Of a stretch of DNA of 55,388 nucleotides, positions 46,003 through 55,261 are shown piece after piece. The position numbers and the translations under genes are program-made. How positions within the stretch are numbered: position 1 is the first letter of the stretch; every line of letters begins with the position of its first letter. The notes under the pieces are model-generated. The model did not search any database and was not told the DNA's origin. It saw only the letters and a list, made by a program, of their open reading frames with translations. The stretch comes from a virus (taxonomy: Duplodnaviria > Caudoviricetes), in IMG/VR virus record IMGVR_UViG_3300032069_000147, positions 1 to 55,388 of that record. One strand, written 5' to 3'.

Positions 46003-46991
46003 GAGCTTTCCTTGCCCCAACCCTCGAATCCCGGAATCGCTCGCCGATTAAACATGTCCAGCCGACGGCCCGCCGTCACGCGCGTTAGGGTCTCATAAAA
46101 CTCGGCTGGCTTGACGCTGTGTCCGGTGCGCTCAGCTTCGAATCCGATGAGAAAATTCTTGGTAGTCGTGAAGCTCGGCGATCCCCGGCGCGCATATAGG
46201 CAAAGTTCCAAATTGTACTGCGGCAATCCCACCGGCTGAAATCCCCCCGGCTTCAGCCAGCCGAAGCAGCAAACATACTTGAGTCCCCATGCCTCTAGCA
46301 GTCTGATCGCCGTCGGCAGATAGCGCTGGACGACCCACAGGAACACGTGACAATTCTCAGCCGCGTGCCCGGCGAACCTTTCACCGATTTCGAATCGGAT
46401 CTCATCAAGCGTCATCGTCGGATAGTCAAACGCCACCTGGTTGGGACGCAAATCTCGCTCGATCTTTTCCAGCGGCCATGGAGGGTCGATCACCATCACA
46501 TCGAATTTCCCAGCTAGTTCCTTCGCCTGCAGAGTCTCGATACTGTTAAGTTTCTCCTTAACTTCGACGCGCTTCAGTTCGCGTCGAGCGGCGCCCAGCG
46601 TCAATTCGCCGGAGACGTAGGCCTTCCGCAAGTCTCCAGGCAGGCGAGCTACCGCCTGCGCTTCCATGCTCTCTTTCCGTGTCACGCCGAGTTCGGAGAG
46701 AGTCGGCGCATCCCCGCTGTTCCCAACAGGAACAGCGGGACCCCGCTTTAGACGTCCCTTTGCCCGCTCAGTGGCTTGCAGCAGTTCGCCCATCCGCTCC
46801 TGCGCCAGCCGGGCATACTTCTGCGAATTGGCAACGACCTCGTCACCCAATTTCTTCCGCCGCGCCCAATCGGCTGCTGTCAGAGCGAGATCCTTGAGCT
46901 CCTTTGCTTTCTGCAGGGTCGTCGCCTCGGCTAGCATCTGCGAAGCGCGGCCCATAAGGACCAAGGAATTGCTTGATTTAGATGGGTTCAT
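45999..46991 (-). CDS. MT-A70 family adenine methyltransferase with N-terminal helical domain
   Basis: VIDPPW, YPTMTLDEI, HSVKP, RRLDMFNRR...WGKE. Confidence 0.9.
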   Translation of the reverse strand: MNPSKSSNSLVLMGRASQMLAEATTLQKAKELKDLALTAADWARRKKLGDEVVANSQKYARLAQERMGELLQATERAKGRLKRGPAVPVGNSGDAPTLSELGVTRKESMEAQAVARLPGDLRKAYVSGELTLGAARRELKRVEVKEKLNSIETLQAKELAGKFDVMVIDPPWPLEKIERDLRPNQVAFDYPTMTLDEIRFEIGERFAGHAAENCHVFLWVVQRYLPTAIRLLEAWGLKYVCCFGWLKPGGFQPVGLPQYNLELCLYARRGSPSFTTTKNFLIGFEAERTGHSVKPAEFYETLTRVTAGRRLDMFNRRAIPGFEGWGKESS

Positions 46992-47727
46992 GGTTCCCCG
47001 CCGCCTCCGCCTTGTAGTCTTGCGCCTGCGTCTGAGCGTGTCCGACAATCGGACGCGGCTTGACCGGCCCGTCCGGCTTGCTTTCAATCGCGATCCGCGC
47101 GCCGTTCTTGAGCGCCGCGTCGCAACTGTCGCACACGAGCAAGCCTTTGAAGTACGGGATCCAGTTCTGCGTCTGTATGGGATATTTCTTCGCCAGCCAG
47201 ACGATCATCGGATTAATCATCTTCGTGAATTCGTGACCACAGAAGGGGCAGCGGCATTTGTCCGCCGAGCATTCCACGTGAATCGCTTCGTAGGCGTCCG
47301 GCCCGACGAAGGCCAGCAAGGCTCGGGCTTCGGATACTTTTGGCAGCGTGGAGGCCCTCCGCCTCGCTTCACCGACGGCCGACTGGGCCTTCTTGTACTC
47401 CACGATTGCCTTGCGCGCCCGCTCGAGTTTCGCGCAGCACTGGTGTTCGGGCGGCCCGAACTTCACCGTCATCACCGGGCGCTCCTCGATCATCCGGTTA
47501 CGCCTCGCCTCTTTCGCCAGCCAATAGATCGCCGCCGGCCGGGGTTCCCTCTGCCCCTCCTGACTGCTCTTATATTGCTCGATCGCTGTGGCAAAGTCCC
47601 GCACATCCACATCAGCGAACGTGCGGTACCAGGCTTCACGTAGTTTTTTCAACTGCCCTTCGGAACGGTTCGAGAAATATATGCTCTCAAGCTGGAGCAT
47701 TTCTGCGTCGAAGTCGCTCTGCTGCAC
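46978..47727 (-). CDS. Replication-associated protein (helicase loader-like N-terminus)
   Basis: Follows initiator; AWY..FADV...F..AI......PRPAAI. Confidence 0.5.
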   Translation of the reverse strand: MQQSDFDAEMLQLESIYFSNRSEGQLKKLREAWYRTFADVDVRDFATAIEQYKSSQEGQREPRPAAIYWLAKEARRNRMIEERPVMTVKFGPPEHQCCAKLERARKAIVEYKKAQSAVGEARRRASTLPKVSEARALLAFVGPDAYEAIHVECSADKCRCPFCGHEFTKMINPMIVWLAKKYPIQTQNWIPYFKGLLVCDSCDAALKNGARIAIESKPDGPVKPRPIVGHAQTQAQDYKAEAAGNHEPI

Positions 47728-48631
47728 GTTGTTGCGCCTCCTGTTCGATGCGTTGCATTATTGCCTCGTGCTCGCGGTCTTCTTCCGCCGTGGATTGTCT
47801 CTTGCCGATTCGCGGCGTGATCTCCCATTGGTGGCGCTCCAGGAATCTATCGGCCCGCTCGATACGATCATTCTCCCACTGTTCGCACTTCTTCCACAGC
47901 TCCAATCCCTGCACGAGCTGTGTCCGACAATCGGACGTTTTGATTTCCGTCAGGAATATCTTGGCCGTCTTTTTCTTGTCCCCCCGCCGATGGGCAGGAT
48001 AGCTAAACCAGAAATCTTCGAAGCCTTCGGGCCAGAGAGGTTTTGGGGGAAGCTTTATTTGGTTGCTTTCCAAACCAAATAAAGCAGAGGGTTCCTCTGT
48101 AGTAATCTCTGTAGTAATCTCTGGTATTGCTCGTCCCTTTTCGCCCGACCGTGGTCCCTTTTCGCCCGACGATAGTCCCTTTTGGCCACTCGATAATCCC
48201 TTTTGGGACAATCGGCCGGTTGCTCTTAGCCATTCCATTATGACTTCTGGCTTAAACAGAAAATGCCTGGTCCGGTCGAATTTATATCGGGGATTTGGAT
48301 TCTGCATCACAAGGATCACGCCCTTTTTTTCGAGTCGATTGATCGCGTCGGCAATCGCTTTGCGTTTGAAAATCAAAACGCCAGCCTCTAGGTCTTCGGC
48401 GGTATGAAATTGGATCAGGGATTCATTCTGTGTGGCTGGATCGCCGTGTAACTTCTGAATCGTATTTTCCTGCTCGGCTTTGTGTGACTGCTCTAGCTTG
48501 ATGTTGTGCCAGTATTCGAAGAACGATAATAGGGCGGCGGCGCACTGGTTGCCTTCGCAAAATTCAATCTGCCATTTGCGAATAATGATTAGCGGCTCGC
48601 TGTTTGGATGTGAAATACAAGACGATTTCAT
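47687..48631 (-). CDS. Replication initiator (lambda O-like)
   Basis: AAALLSFFEYW N-terminal domain; internal iterons; EITTEITTE; FEDFWFSYP. Confidence 0.8.
   Translation of the reverse strand: MKSSCISHPNSEPLIIIRKWQIEFCEGNQCAAALLSFFEYWHNIKLEQSHKAEQENTIQKLHGDPATQNESLIQFHTAEDLEAGVLIFKRKAIADAINRLEKKGVILVMQNPNPRYKFDRTRHFLFKPEVIMEWLRATGRLSQKGLSSGQKGLSSGEKGPRSGEKGRAIPEITTEITTEEPSALFGLESNQIKLPPKPLWPEGFEDFWFSYPAHRRGDKKKTAKIFLTEIKTSDCRTQLVQGLELWKKCEQWENDRIERADRFLERHQWEITPRIGKRQSTAEEDREHEAIMQRIEQEAQQRAAERLRRRNAPA
48097..48212. repeat. Putative origin: four 21-bp-period iterons plus 12-bp tandem repeat
   Basis: (G/A)TCCCTTTT(C/G)G at 48133, 48154, 48175, 48196; TCTGTAGTAATC x2. Confidence 0.75.
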
Positions 48632-48774
48632 ATTCCCTCCTCGATAGGGAAGTGGGCCAGATGATCGAGGCATCCGGCCCCCTGAAGGTGCTTCCATACG
48701 GCCCCGGCCAAGGGCCCGCATCCCTAAGATATAGAACTAGCGGCATCATGTCAAGGCCAAAGTAAGTTCCCGAT

Positions 48775-48975
48775 TCAGTCTGGACTTTCGGCTAACACCT
48801 TTTTGAGTTTTTTCCACTCCTGCCAGGTTAGTTGAAAGTCGGGATGTCTATTTCTCCAGTGCAACCACCGGCACCTCGGGCAGCAGAACTTCTGATGTGA
48901 GCGAATCTTCGTGAATTCCTGGCCGCAATTCAGGCAGTTTCCTCTCTCTGCTTTGAATAAACGCTTATTTGACAT
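48775..48975 (-). CDS. Small Zn-finger protein
   Basis: CLNCGQEF......QKFCCPRCR. Confidence 0.7.
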   Translation of the reverse strand: MSNKRLFKAERGNCLNCGQEFTKIRSHQKFCCPRCRWLHWRNRHPDFQLTWQEWKKLKKVLAESPD

Positions 48976-49100
48976 GCTTCGTTCCAGCCTGTGCTATCTA
49001 ATCGCCTCGCTAAAGCGTTTGCAATGCGTTTACAACGCTTGTCAATGACCTTCAAGGGCCCGGGGGCCTTTTCTGAGCCACAGGCCGCTGGATTCGCCTC

Positions 49101-50078
49101 CTAGCGGGTCCGCTGGATCAGCGATGCCTCGGCGTAGACCTCGATCCCCGGAATATTCGCAGCCGACTTCATGGCGCGAACGACGCGGGCGATCTTCGGG
49201 TATAGCTTCGCGTCAAACGGGTCGTCCGGCATCAGATACTCGCGGGGGATCAGCTCGGGATTCGTCACGCGGAAGAGCCAGTTCTCCCGCTTCCCGGTCC
49301 CAGCCACCTTCGGCACCGTAGATTCTACGACAACGGGAGCCATGGAAGGCATAGGGGGAGGCGGCGGAGGCTCTACGGCCACGCTGGGACCATTCGTGGC
49401 GCCCTCCAGGATGTCCTCGGCCACGTCGGGGTGTCCCAAAGCCCTGGCCTGTTCCGCGGCGGCCTCGGCTTCTTTCCTGGCCTTGGCTTCCTCGGCCTTC
49501 GATGCGGCCTGCCGCACCAGATTTTCCAGATCGGAAACGTCGGCGTCGGTGAGCTGGTCGAGGGGCTTTCCAGCCAGCGCCTCCAGGGATTCGACCCGCT
49601 CGCCGTAGGAGAGCAGCTGGTCGAACCAGTGACGCGCCGTGTAGATTCGCGCCTCCCGCTCGCGTTCCCGGCGGGCCTCTTCCTCTTTCTGCCTTCGCGC
49701 TGCCTCCTGCTCCTCCTCGTACCGCAGGATGGCAGAGCCGAGGATGCTGATCGCCATCTGTATCGGCGCTGCGTGCTTCTTTTCCTGGGCGCAGATTTCG
49801 GAATGCAGCTTGTCGGCCATGCGCTTCAGAGGTCCGAAGGTTTCCGTGACCGACGTCTTATCTTCCGTCGGGCCTTTGAGCAGCGTGAGTAAGCCTTTGC
49901 GCTTCTCCGCCGCCTTGATGTATTCACGATTGTTCTGGAGCACAAGCGCCGCCGTGATCCCTCGGACAGCTTCCTTGATTCTTTGCTCCAGGGGCTTCGT
50001 GGCCTCAGCCGTCACGGACTGCGAAAGCGTAACGATCTGGGCAAATTCAGGACTTGCGCTTTCAGGTAAGGTTCCCAT
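49101..50078 (-). CDS. Coiled-coil phage protein of recombination module
   Basis: AAGGAGG RBS; C-terminal W.FRVTNPELIPREYLMPD...IPGIEVY. Confidence 0.7.
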   Translation of the reverse strand: MGTLPESASPEFAQIVTLSQSVTAEATKPLEQRIKEAVRGITAALVLQNNREYIKAAEKRKGLLTLLKGPTEDKTSVTETFGPLKRMADKLHSEICAQEKKHAAPIQMAISILGSAILRYEEEQEAARRQKEEEARREREREARIYTARHWFDQLLSYGERVESLEALAGKPLDQLTDADVSDLENLVRQAASKAEEAKARKEAEAAAEQARALGHPDVAEDILEGATNGPSVAVEPPPPPPMPSMAPVVVESTVPKVAGTGKRENWLFRVTNPELIPREYLMPDDPFDAKLYPKIARVVRAMKSAANIPGIEVYAEASLIQRTR

Positions 50079-50132
50079 GTCTCCCTCCTTAGTTTGATTC
50101 TTGAACACAGACGATCTGGTCGAACTCGGGGT

Positions 50133-50351
50133 TTATGCCTTCGGTGCCTTTGGCAGCGGCATCCAATGGGTTATACTCACATCAATCGGATGGCAGCCAT
50201 CCTCTCTCCAATAATCAAACCAGTCGCCTTCGGGTTCTCCCTCGAACTGCGCATACATACCGACAAACACACTAGGTTCAAGTGCGTCGGGAGAGTAAAG
50301 CAGGATCGGCGTGCCATCCTTGGGTGCTGTTTCAATCGGTTGCCAGTTCAT
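50133..50351 (-). CDS. DUF551-like protein
   Basis: MNWQPIETAPKDGT...THWMPLP. Confidence 0.85.
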   Translation of the reverse strand: MNWQPIETAPKDGTPILLYSPDALEPSVFVGMYAQFEGEPEGDWFDYWREDGCHPIDVSITHWMPLPKAPKA

Positions 50352-51100
50352 TTTCCCTCCATGCGATAGTGATTCCCCCGCCAAATCGCGACGACTAGCG
50401 CAGCTTTGAAAACCTCGTAATCGCTTGCGTCGTCGAACAGTTCGACCCTGTATGGTTCCCCCGCAGCGTCCGGCATGAGGCGGACGGCGTAGCGCGCCCA
50501 CTTGTAGGGCCTCGCCTTCGGCGGGCCGTATTCCGCCAGCAACCCCAATTCATAGCCCGCAAGCTGGACGCCCCACCACGGCTCATCCTGCCGAGAGCAC
50601 TTGAGGTCGAGGATGGCGGGCTTTCCGTCAAGCAGCCCCGCCCGGTCGAGCGTCATCCCGTACTGCATTTGTCTGATCGTCGGACGCAGCCGCAGTTCGA
50701 TGGCTTCATAATTGCGAACGTCCACAACGCGCCCGTCTTCAGCCTTGATCAGTTTGTGGAACATACACGCGCGGAAATTACTCTGCTTCTTGAACGCTTC
50801 CCAGGCATGGACATAATCCCGGATCACGGGATCAATTGAATCCCACGGTTCGCGCGCCTGCTGAGAGAGGGCGTCCCAACGACAATTGTGCGCGTCCAGG
50901 AACGCCGTCGCCTCATGCACCGCGCTGCCGATGATCCGCGCCCTCGGGTCGTCGGGATAATGGCTCGTGTCCACGACGTGCGCGAGCGCGAGCGCCTGGG
51001 TTACGGAAACCAACGGCCTGCCGTCATCCGCGAAGTACCGATGCGCTTTTTCAGAATTCCTCATGCCGATCGCGATCCTCGAAATCCCTTCGTTGATCAT
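50348..51100 (-). CDS. PD-(D/E)xK (Cas4/RecB-like) exonuclease
   Basis: SVTQAL; GSAVHEA; YGMTLDR...ILDLKC...QLAGY. Confidence 0.8.
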   Translation of the reverse strand: MINEGISRIAIGMRNSEKAHRYFADDGRPLVSVTQALALAHVVDTSHYPDDPRARIIGSAVHEATAFLDAHNCRWDALSQQAREPWDSIDPVIRDYVHAWEAFKKQSNFRACMFHKLIKAEDGRVVDVRNYEAIELRLRPTIRQMQYGMTLDRAGLLDGKPAILDLKCSRQDEPWWGVQLAGYELGLLAEYGPPKARPYKWARYAVRLMPDAAGEPYRVELFDDASDYEVFKAALVVAIWRGNHYRMEGK

Positions 51101-53219
51101 CTTCAGGCTCCCGTTCCTGCTCCGACTTCGGCTTGGCAAAGCGCTTGAGCGCTTCGTCAAGCTGCGCCTTTGACATCAGATGGACATGCTCGACGCCAAG
51201 CGTTTTCAGCACGGTGTGCGCTTGCTCTTCAGTCCACCCCTGCTTTTTCACGACCGCCCAGAAGAGCTTGATCTGATCTTTCGTGACCAGATCCGCCGGG
51301 CCTTCCGCTTGGCCTTTATCGGATTTGGGGCCTTGGTCTGCCAATCGAGTCATGATCTCATCGAACTTCGACGCTGGGATTTCCGCCGTGCTCTTGAACC
51401 CGTACTGCCTGAGGAGCCATGCTGCCAGGATAGGGCTCCTCCACCCATGTGCGTTGGCTGCCTTGAACAGCTCCTTCCGCTGAGCGTCTGTGACAAGAGC
51501 CTGAGCCTGCTCATTCCCGCTGGCCGCCTTCTTCTCATGCGTTTCTATAGCCGGCTGGATGTCCTCCATGTCCTGCGTGAAGATCCCTGAGCTTCGCGTC
51601 GCCGAAAGCGTCGCGTCAATCTTGGAGTTGTGGGAAACGATGCCGTTAGGAAGGATGAAGAGATGCGGATCTTCAACCTCAATATCATACAGAACTGATT
51701 TTTGATTGACGATCTGAATGTCCGTAACTTCTTCCAGGTTCTTTCCGTTATAACGGGGCAGGTCAAAACTGATCCATCCCTCATAGGTGGGGAATTCTTT
51801 TCCGCCACAAGTACTTATCCCACGCTTGAGCCTATGCCTATATCCAAGAATTGCACAGATGCACCGGAGGTCATCTGCCAACGCAAAGTTTTCTCCGGTG
51901 AAACCGACGATCCACTTATCTTGCAGGCCACGGTAATCTTCAGAATGTCCGTCACCATCCAAGTATCCCTTCAGGAGTAGTCGAATGAATTCTTTGCCCT
52001 GTCTCCATGAGTACTTGGAAAGGTGTTTTCCGTAGCAGTCGGTTCCTAACACAAATTGCTGCATCAGACCTGTAAAGGCTGGCCCAGTCACAAAAATGTC
52101 GCCTATGTTTCCCTTTGGCCGTCGAGATGCCAAAATGCTTCCTCCAACGATAGAAGCCGCCTTTTCGATCATGGGAATGAATGATTCAATCTCGTCTGCC
52201 GCCATCGTAAATTTTACGTGTCCGCGGTCGCAGTGACCTTCAGCCAGATAGAATCCAACCGTCCACGCGATGGATTCGTCAACGGTCATCTGCCCGGATA
52301 ATTCCGGTCGATTTCGAATCATCACGTCTCCCACCTGGATGTCTGCCGTTAGCTGTTCTCCGCGAGTCGTGGGCCAGATGTGTTCTCCCGAACAAAATAT
52401 TGCAGAGCCATCCGCGAGCCGGATTCGGATTGCCTGGGGTCTTTCTTCCCGGCTCATTCCGATAATCCTTCCCCATCCGCCTTCCATCGGAAGCATTAGG
52501 GGTTCGCGGTTCTTCATGCCCCACATCTGAAACACGGTATCGACCCTACAGCGGCTAACCCCGCTTGACGAAGAGACCAGAATGGGAGTGTTGGAACCAA
52601 GACACCTTTTCTTCCCGAGTTTCAAGATCGTGTTCTTTAGCGTAGCAATGTCGTCGTTATCGACGCGGCCGACTGTCTGGTTGGCGATGCGCTCATCACC
52701 GATGTCGAATTTCGCGCCGCAGCCGTTCGACCGCCCTTCCTTCTTCCAGCAGATCCAGCCGCCCCCGTACTCCTCTTTGCCCTTGATGATCGTCTCCTGG
52801 CCGCAGTTGGGGCACCGGCGCTTCAAGTCGCGCCAGCGGTACTTCCCCTCGTAGCTGTTGCAGGAGCCCAAGCCGCTGGCCACGGCGACGCCGCTGCGCT
52901 TTGAGCGGAGCACGCACCGAATCGTGTAGTCGAATAGGGGCGGGACAGCCGACCAGTCCTCCCGCGAATAGTCCGTCAGGATCTCATACTCGTCCGCAAG
53001 CCCGTAGAGTTCGCAGAGTTTGTCGGCGCCCGGTTTGTAGAGCGTGGGTTTCGTCGTTCCGGGGATGATCCCGTAGTCCTCTTCCTCGACTAGATATTGT
53101 TTGACGAATTCCTGGAATTCGGCCAAGCGCGCCTTGGCCGTCTTGAGGTCCATCACCGGCGCAAGCATCAGCTCGCGCTCGGCGCTTTGTACAACGATTT
53201 CTTTCGTTTCTTCGGACAT
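51051..53219 (-). CDS. Putative single-strand annealing/recombination protein containing an intein
   Basis: DYGIIPG..KPTLYKPGADKL; GLGSCNSYE; NTILKLGKKR|SKIDATL...IFTQDMED; next to exonuclease. Confidence 0.75.
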   Translation of the reverse strand: MSEETKEIVVQSAERELMLAPVMDLKTAKARLAEFQEFVKQYLVEEEDYGIIPGTTKPTLYKPGADKLCELYGLADEYEILTDYSREDWSAVPPLFDYTIRCVLRSKRSGVAVASGLGSCNSYEGKYRWRDLKRRCPNCGQETIIKGKEEYGGGWICWKKEGRSNGCGAKFDIGDERIANQTVGRVDNDDIATLKNTILKLGKKRCLGSNTPILVSSSSGVSRCRVDTVFQMWGMKNREPLMLPMEGGWGRIIGMSREERPQAIRIRLADGSAIFCSGEHIWPTTRGEQLTADIQVGDVMIRNRPELSGQMTVDESIAWTVGFYLAEGHCDRGHVKFTMAADEIESFIPMIEKAASIVGGSILASRRPKGNIGDIFVTGPAFTGLMQQFVLGTDCYGKHLSKYSWRQGKEFIRLLLKGYLDGDGHSEDYRGLQDKWIVGFTGENFALADDLRCICAILGYRHRLKRGISTCGGKEFPTYEGWISFDLPRYNGKNLEEVTDIQIVNQKSVLYDIEVEDPHLFILPNGIVSHNSKIDATLSATRSSGIFTQDMEDIQPAIETHEKKAASGNEQAQALVTDAQRKELFKAANAHGWRSPILAAWLLRQYGFKSTAEIPASKFDEIMTRLADQGPKSDKGQAEGPADLVTKDQIKLFWAVVKKQGWTEEQAHTVLKTLGVEHVHLMSKAQLDEALKRFAKPKSEQEREPEDDQRRDFEDRDRHEEF
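51627..52604 (-). mobile_element. Intein with LAGLIDADG homing endonuclease (326 aa)
   Basis: Starts CLGSNTPI; block B SGEH; GFYLAEG and GYLDGDG; ends YDIEV...GIVSHN/S. Confidence 0.93.
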
Positions 53220-53244
53220 GTCTGTTTCTCCTTTTTTGTTAGCT

Positions 53245-53502
53245 TTAAGTTTTCGATACTCTTCGAGCGTCGGCGGCCACCGCTTTAGCGGCCTCCGTCA
53301 ACCCGGCCTCTTCCGTCCGACGTTGCACGCGGGCGAGCAGCGTCCCGGCCTTCACGAAGAACGCCGACGCCGACAAGCCAGAGCGCTTGATCGCCGCGTC
53401 CAGCAACGCCGCGTGCTGGCCTCGCGTGTAGACGAAGAAAACCCGGTAGCCGCCCTTGAATACCTGCCGTGTCGCCTGTCCGTTCGTTTCCATGTTCATC
53501 AC
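53245..53502 (-). CDS. Ribbon-helix-helix-like regulator
   Basis: RVFFVYT..QHAALLDAAIKRSGLSASAFFVKAG. Confidence 0.5.
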   Translation of the reverse strand: MMNMETNGQATRQVFKGGYRVFFVYTRGQHAALLDAAIKRSGLSASAFFVKAGTLLARVQRRTEEAGLTEAAKAVAADARRVSKT

Positions 53503-53725
53503 CCCGCGCTGATTATTGCATGCTGCAACTGAAAATGCAACATAATTTTTTTGTTGCTTCGGCGATGCGTCGATGCTAACATTATCTCAGTCTGCTTCTC
53601 CTTTCCGGGGCGGCGTCTGGTCTCCGGTCCAGCGTCGCCCTGGTTTTCTCGCGTCCGATTATCGGACATCACTGCAACACCCCAGGACACTGCTTGATTC
53701 TCTCTCCTGGACGGCAGGAGCAAGC

Positions 53726-54343
53726 TCAATGCCCGCGCTCGTGCTTTCCACACCCGCACGCCTCCTTGAGTTTTTTCGACCAGAGAATAGCATGGGTGGA
53801 CTCATCATAATCCCAAAGTAATTTGCCGCCCTGCTTGGAAAGTACATAGGCGTGCGTGTCGGCTTTGGCGGCGGTCCAGTCGGCGAGGGCTCCCAGTGCA
53901 TTTTCGAACGCCACGGTGTCGAGATAATAAGCAGTGCACGTCGTGTCGCCGTTCGCCCCGGTCCGGCAGTGGACCCTCGTTCCGGAACCAGTGAAGTCCG
54001 AGCAGGTGAGCTTGGAGTCCGAGGCGGTCGTCTTATCCCTGCACACGACCGCGCCGCTCGGGTCCCTTTCCATCTCGGTCGGGGGGCGATAATCAATGGG
54101 CTCAAGGTCAAGAATGGCGTCGGCCTGCTCGACCGAGTCTACCGGCGTAAGGCAGGTGAATCGGCTGAGGCGCTTCTTGGCCCAACGAACCTCGTGCTTT
54201 TTAGAGCCGCTAATATAGACCTTGCGGATCGCAATCATGGTGGGATTTGCTCCCTTAGGAGGAGGCTCAGGTATGACAGGCGCCTCCTGCGCACAAGCTG
54301 CTGACGCCGTCAAAATCAAAATTGACAAGAGAATTGATTTCAT
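53726..54343 (-). CDS. Exported protein
   Basis: Signal peptide MKSILLSILILTASAACA; paired Cys; AAGGAG RBS. Confidence 0.75.
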   Translation of the reverse strand: MKSILLSILILTASAACAQEAPVIPEPPPKGANPTMIAIRKVYISGSKKHEVRWAKKRLSRFTCLTPVDSVEQADAILDLEPIDYRPPTEMERDPSGAVVCRDKTTASDSKLTCSDFTGSGTRVHCRTGANGDTTCTAYYLDTVAFENALGALADWTAAKADTHAYVLSKQGGKLLWDYDESTHAILWSKKLKEACGCGKHERGH

Positions 54344-54359
54344 GTTTTCCTCCTTCGGA

Positions 54360-54745
54360 ACATGGAGCGCCCATTCAGGCCCTCTTTCATGCCTGCGCTC
54401 CGCTTATGTTTCCTTGCTGGCCTTATCGCTTTAGCAGGTTGCTCCTGGGCCTGCCAGTCCCTCGCGCGTATCTCCACACAAGGATTGTCAGGGAAAGACG
54501 CATCACCCAAGCGAGAGGGCCACTCGGTCGCAGGGTTGGCGTTGCCGAGATTTGAGGATTCTTTATCGCCTGTTCCATTCAGTCCCCGGCTGCGGAGACA
54601 CGAAGGCCAGCGATTCTCAGATTTGATTTTCGGGATTTTTCTTGAAAGGTCATTTCCCACTTCGTCTGGGAATAAGAGCGGGTGGACGAAGCACCCGCTC
54701 TCAGAGCTTTTCGCTCTCGCTGAAGGTCGCGTTGCCGTCAGCGTT
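54360..54745 (-). ncRNA. Candidate structured non-coding RNA or long 5' leader
   Basis: No convincing ORF; many hairpins; directly downstream of a consensus promoter. Confidence 0.5.
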
Positions 54746-54748
54746 CCC

Positions 54749-54777
54749 AGCTTAGACAAGACAAAGCGCATTGTCAA
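54749..54777 (-). promoter_or_regulatory. Sigma70 promoter
   Basis: TTGACA-N17-TAAGCT. Confidence 0.7.
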
Positions 54778-54870
54778 GAGAAATTTTCGCGTCCGATTTT
54801 CCGACATCTAGTTCTCCTAAGCATCTATTGCCGACCGCAGCAACCTCGGCGAACCCTTGTCAAGCGCTGT

Positions 54871-55248
54871 CTATTTCACCCCGAACAGCGGCTCTCCGCA
54901 GTTCCATTCGACGACCTCCTCATCGTGCGCAGCGATGGTCAGGGCGGGAAGCGTTTTCTCGGGGACGTGGCGCGTGCCTTTCACCTGACGCGTGCAGATT
55001 GCGTCCAGCGTCGACACAAACGCCACGCGCACTCCCCCGCCGAAGTCGTGTATGAGCTTAAACAGACTGTAGTCCGGAAGAACTTGCTTCTGGCAAGTCG
55101 CCAGCATCTCGGCGGCGCGCTTCATCTGCTCCCTGCCGTTCCATCCGAACACAGACATGACGAACGGCTCGGGAGCCGGCAATTCAGGATGCGCCTCCCA
55201 CATGTCGGCGACAGCTCTCAGCGCTCGGATGAATTGTTTAGTTTCCAT
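54871..55248 (-). CDS. Hypothetical protein
   Basis: GAGGAGG RBS; 125 aa. Confidence 0.7.
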   Translation of the reverse strand: METKQFIRALRAVADMWEAHPELPAPEPFVMSVFGWNGREQMKRAAEMLATCQKQVLPDYSLFKLIHDFGGGVRVAFVSTLDAICTRQVKGTRHVPEKTLPALTIAAHDEEVVEWNCGEPLFGVK

Positions 55249-55261
55249 TGCTCCTCCTCGT

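Noticed and set aside
48748-48766. Possible self-target of guide 6 (ATGTCAAGGCCAAAGTAAG)
   Set aside because: Alignment needs gaps; I saw no exact 18-bp self match by eye, though this was not an exhaustive search
50348-51100. Cas4 acting as spacer-acquisition factor for the array
   Set aside because: It lies 7 kb away beside the annealing protein, the normal context for a phage recombination exonuclease
54360-54745. tRNA or tmRNA genes
   Set aside because: No cloverleaf or T-loop consensus recognised here or elsewhere in the window
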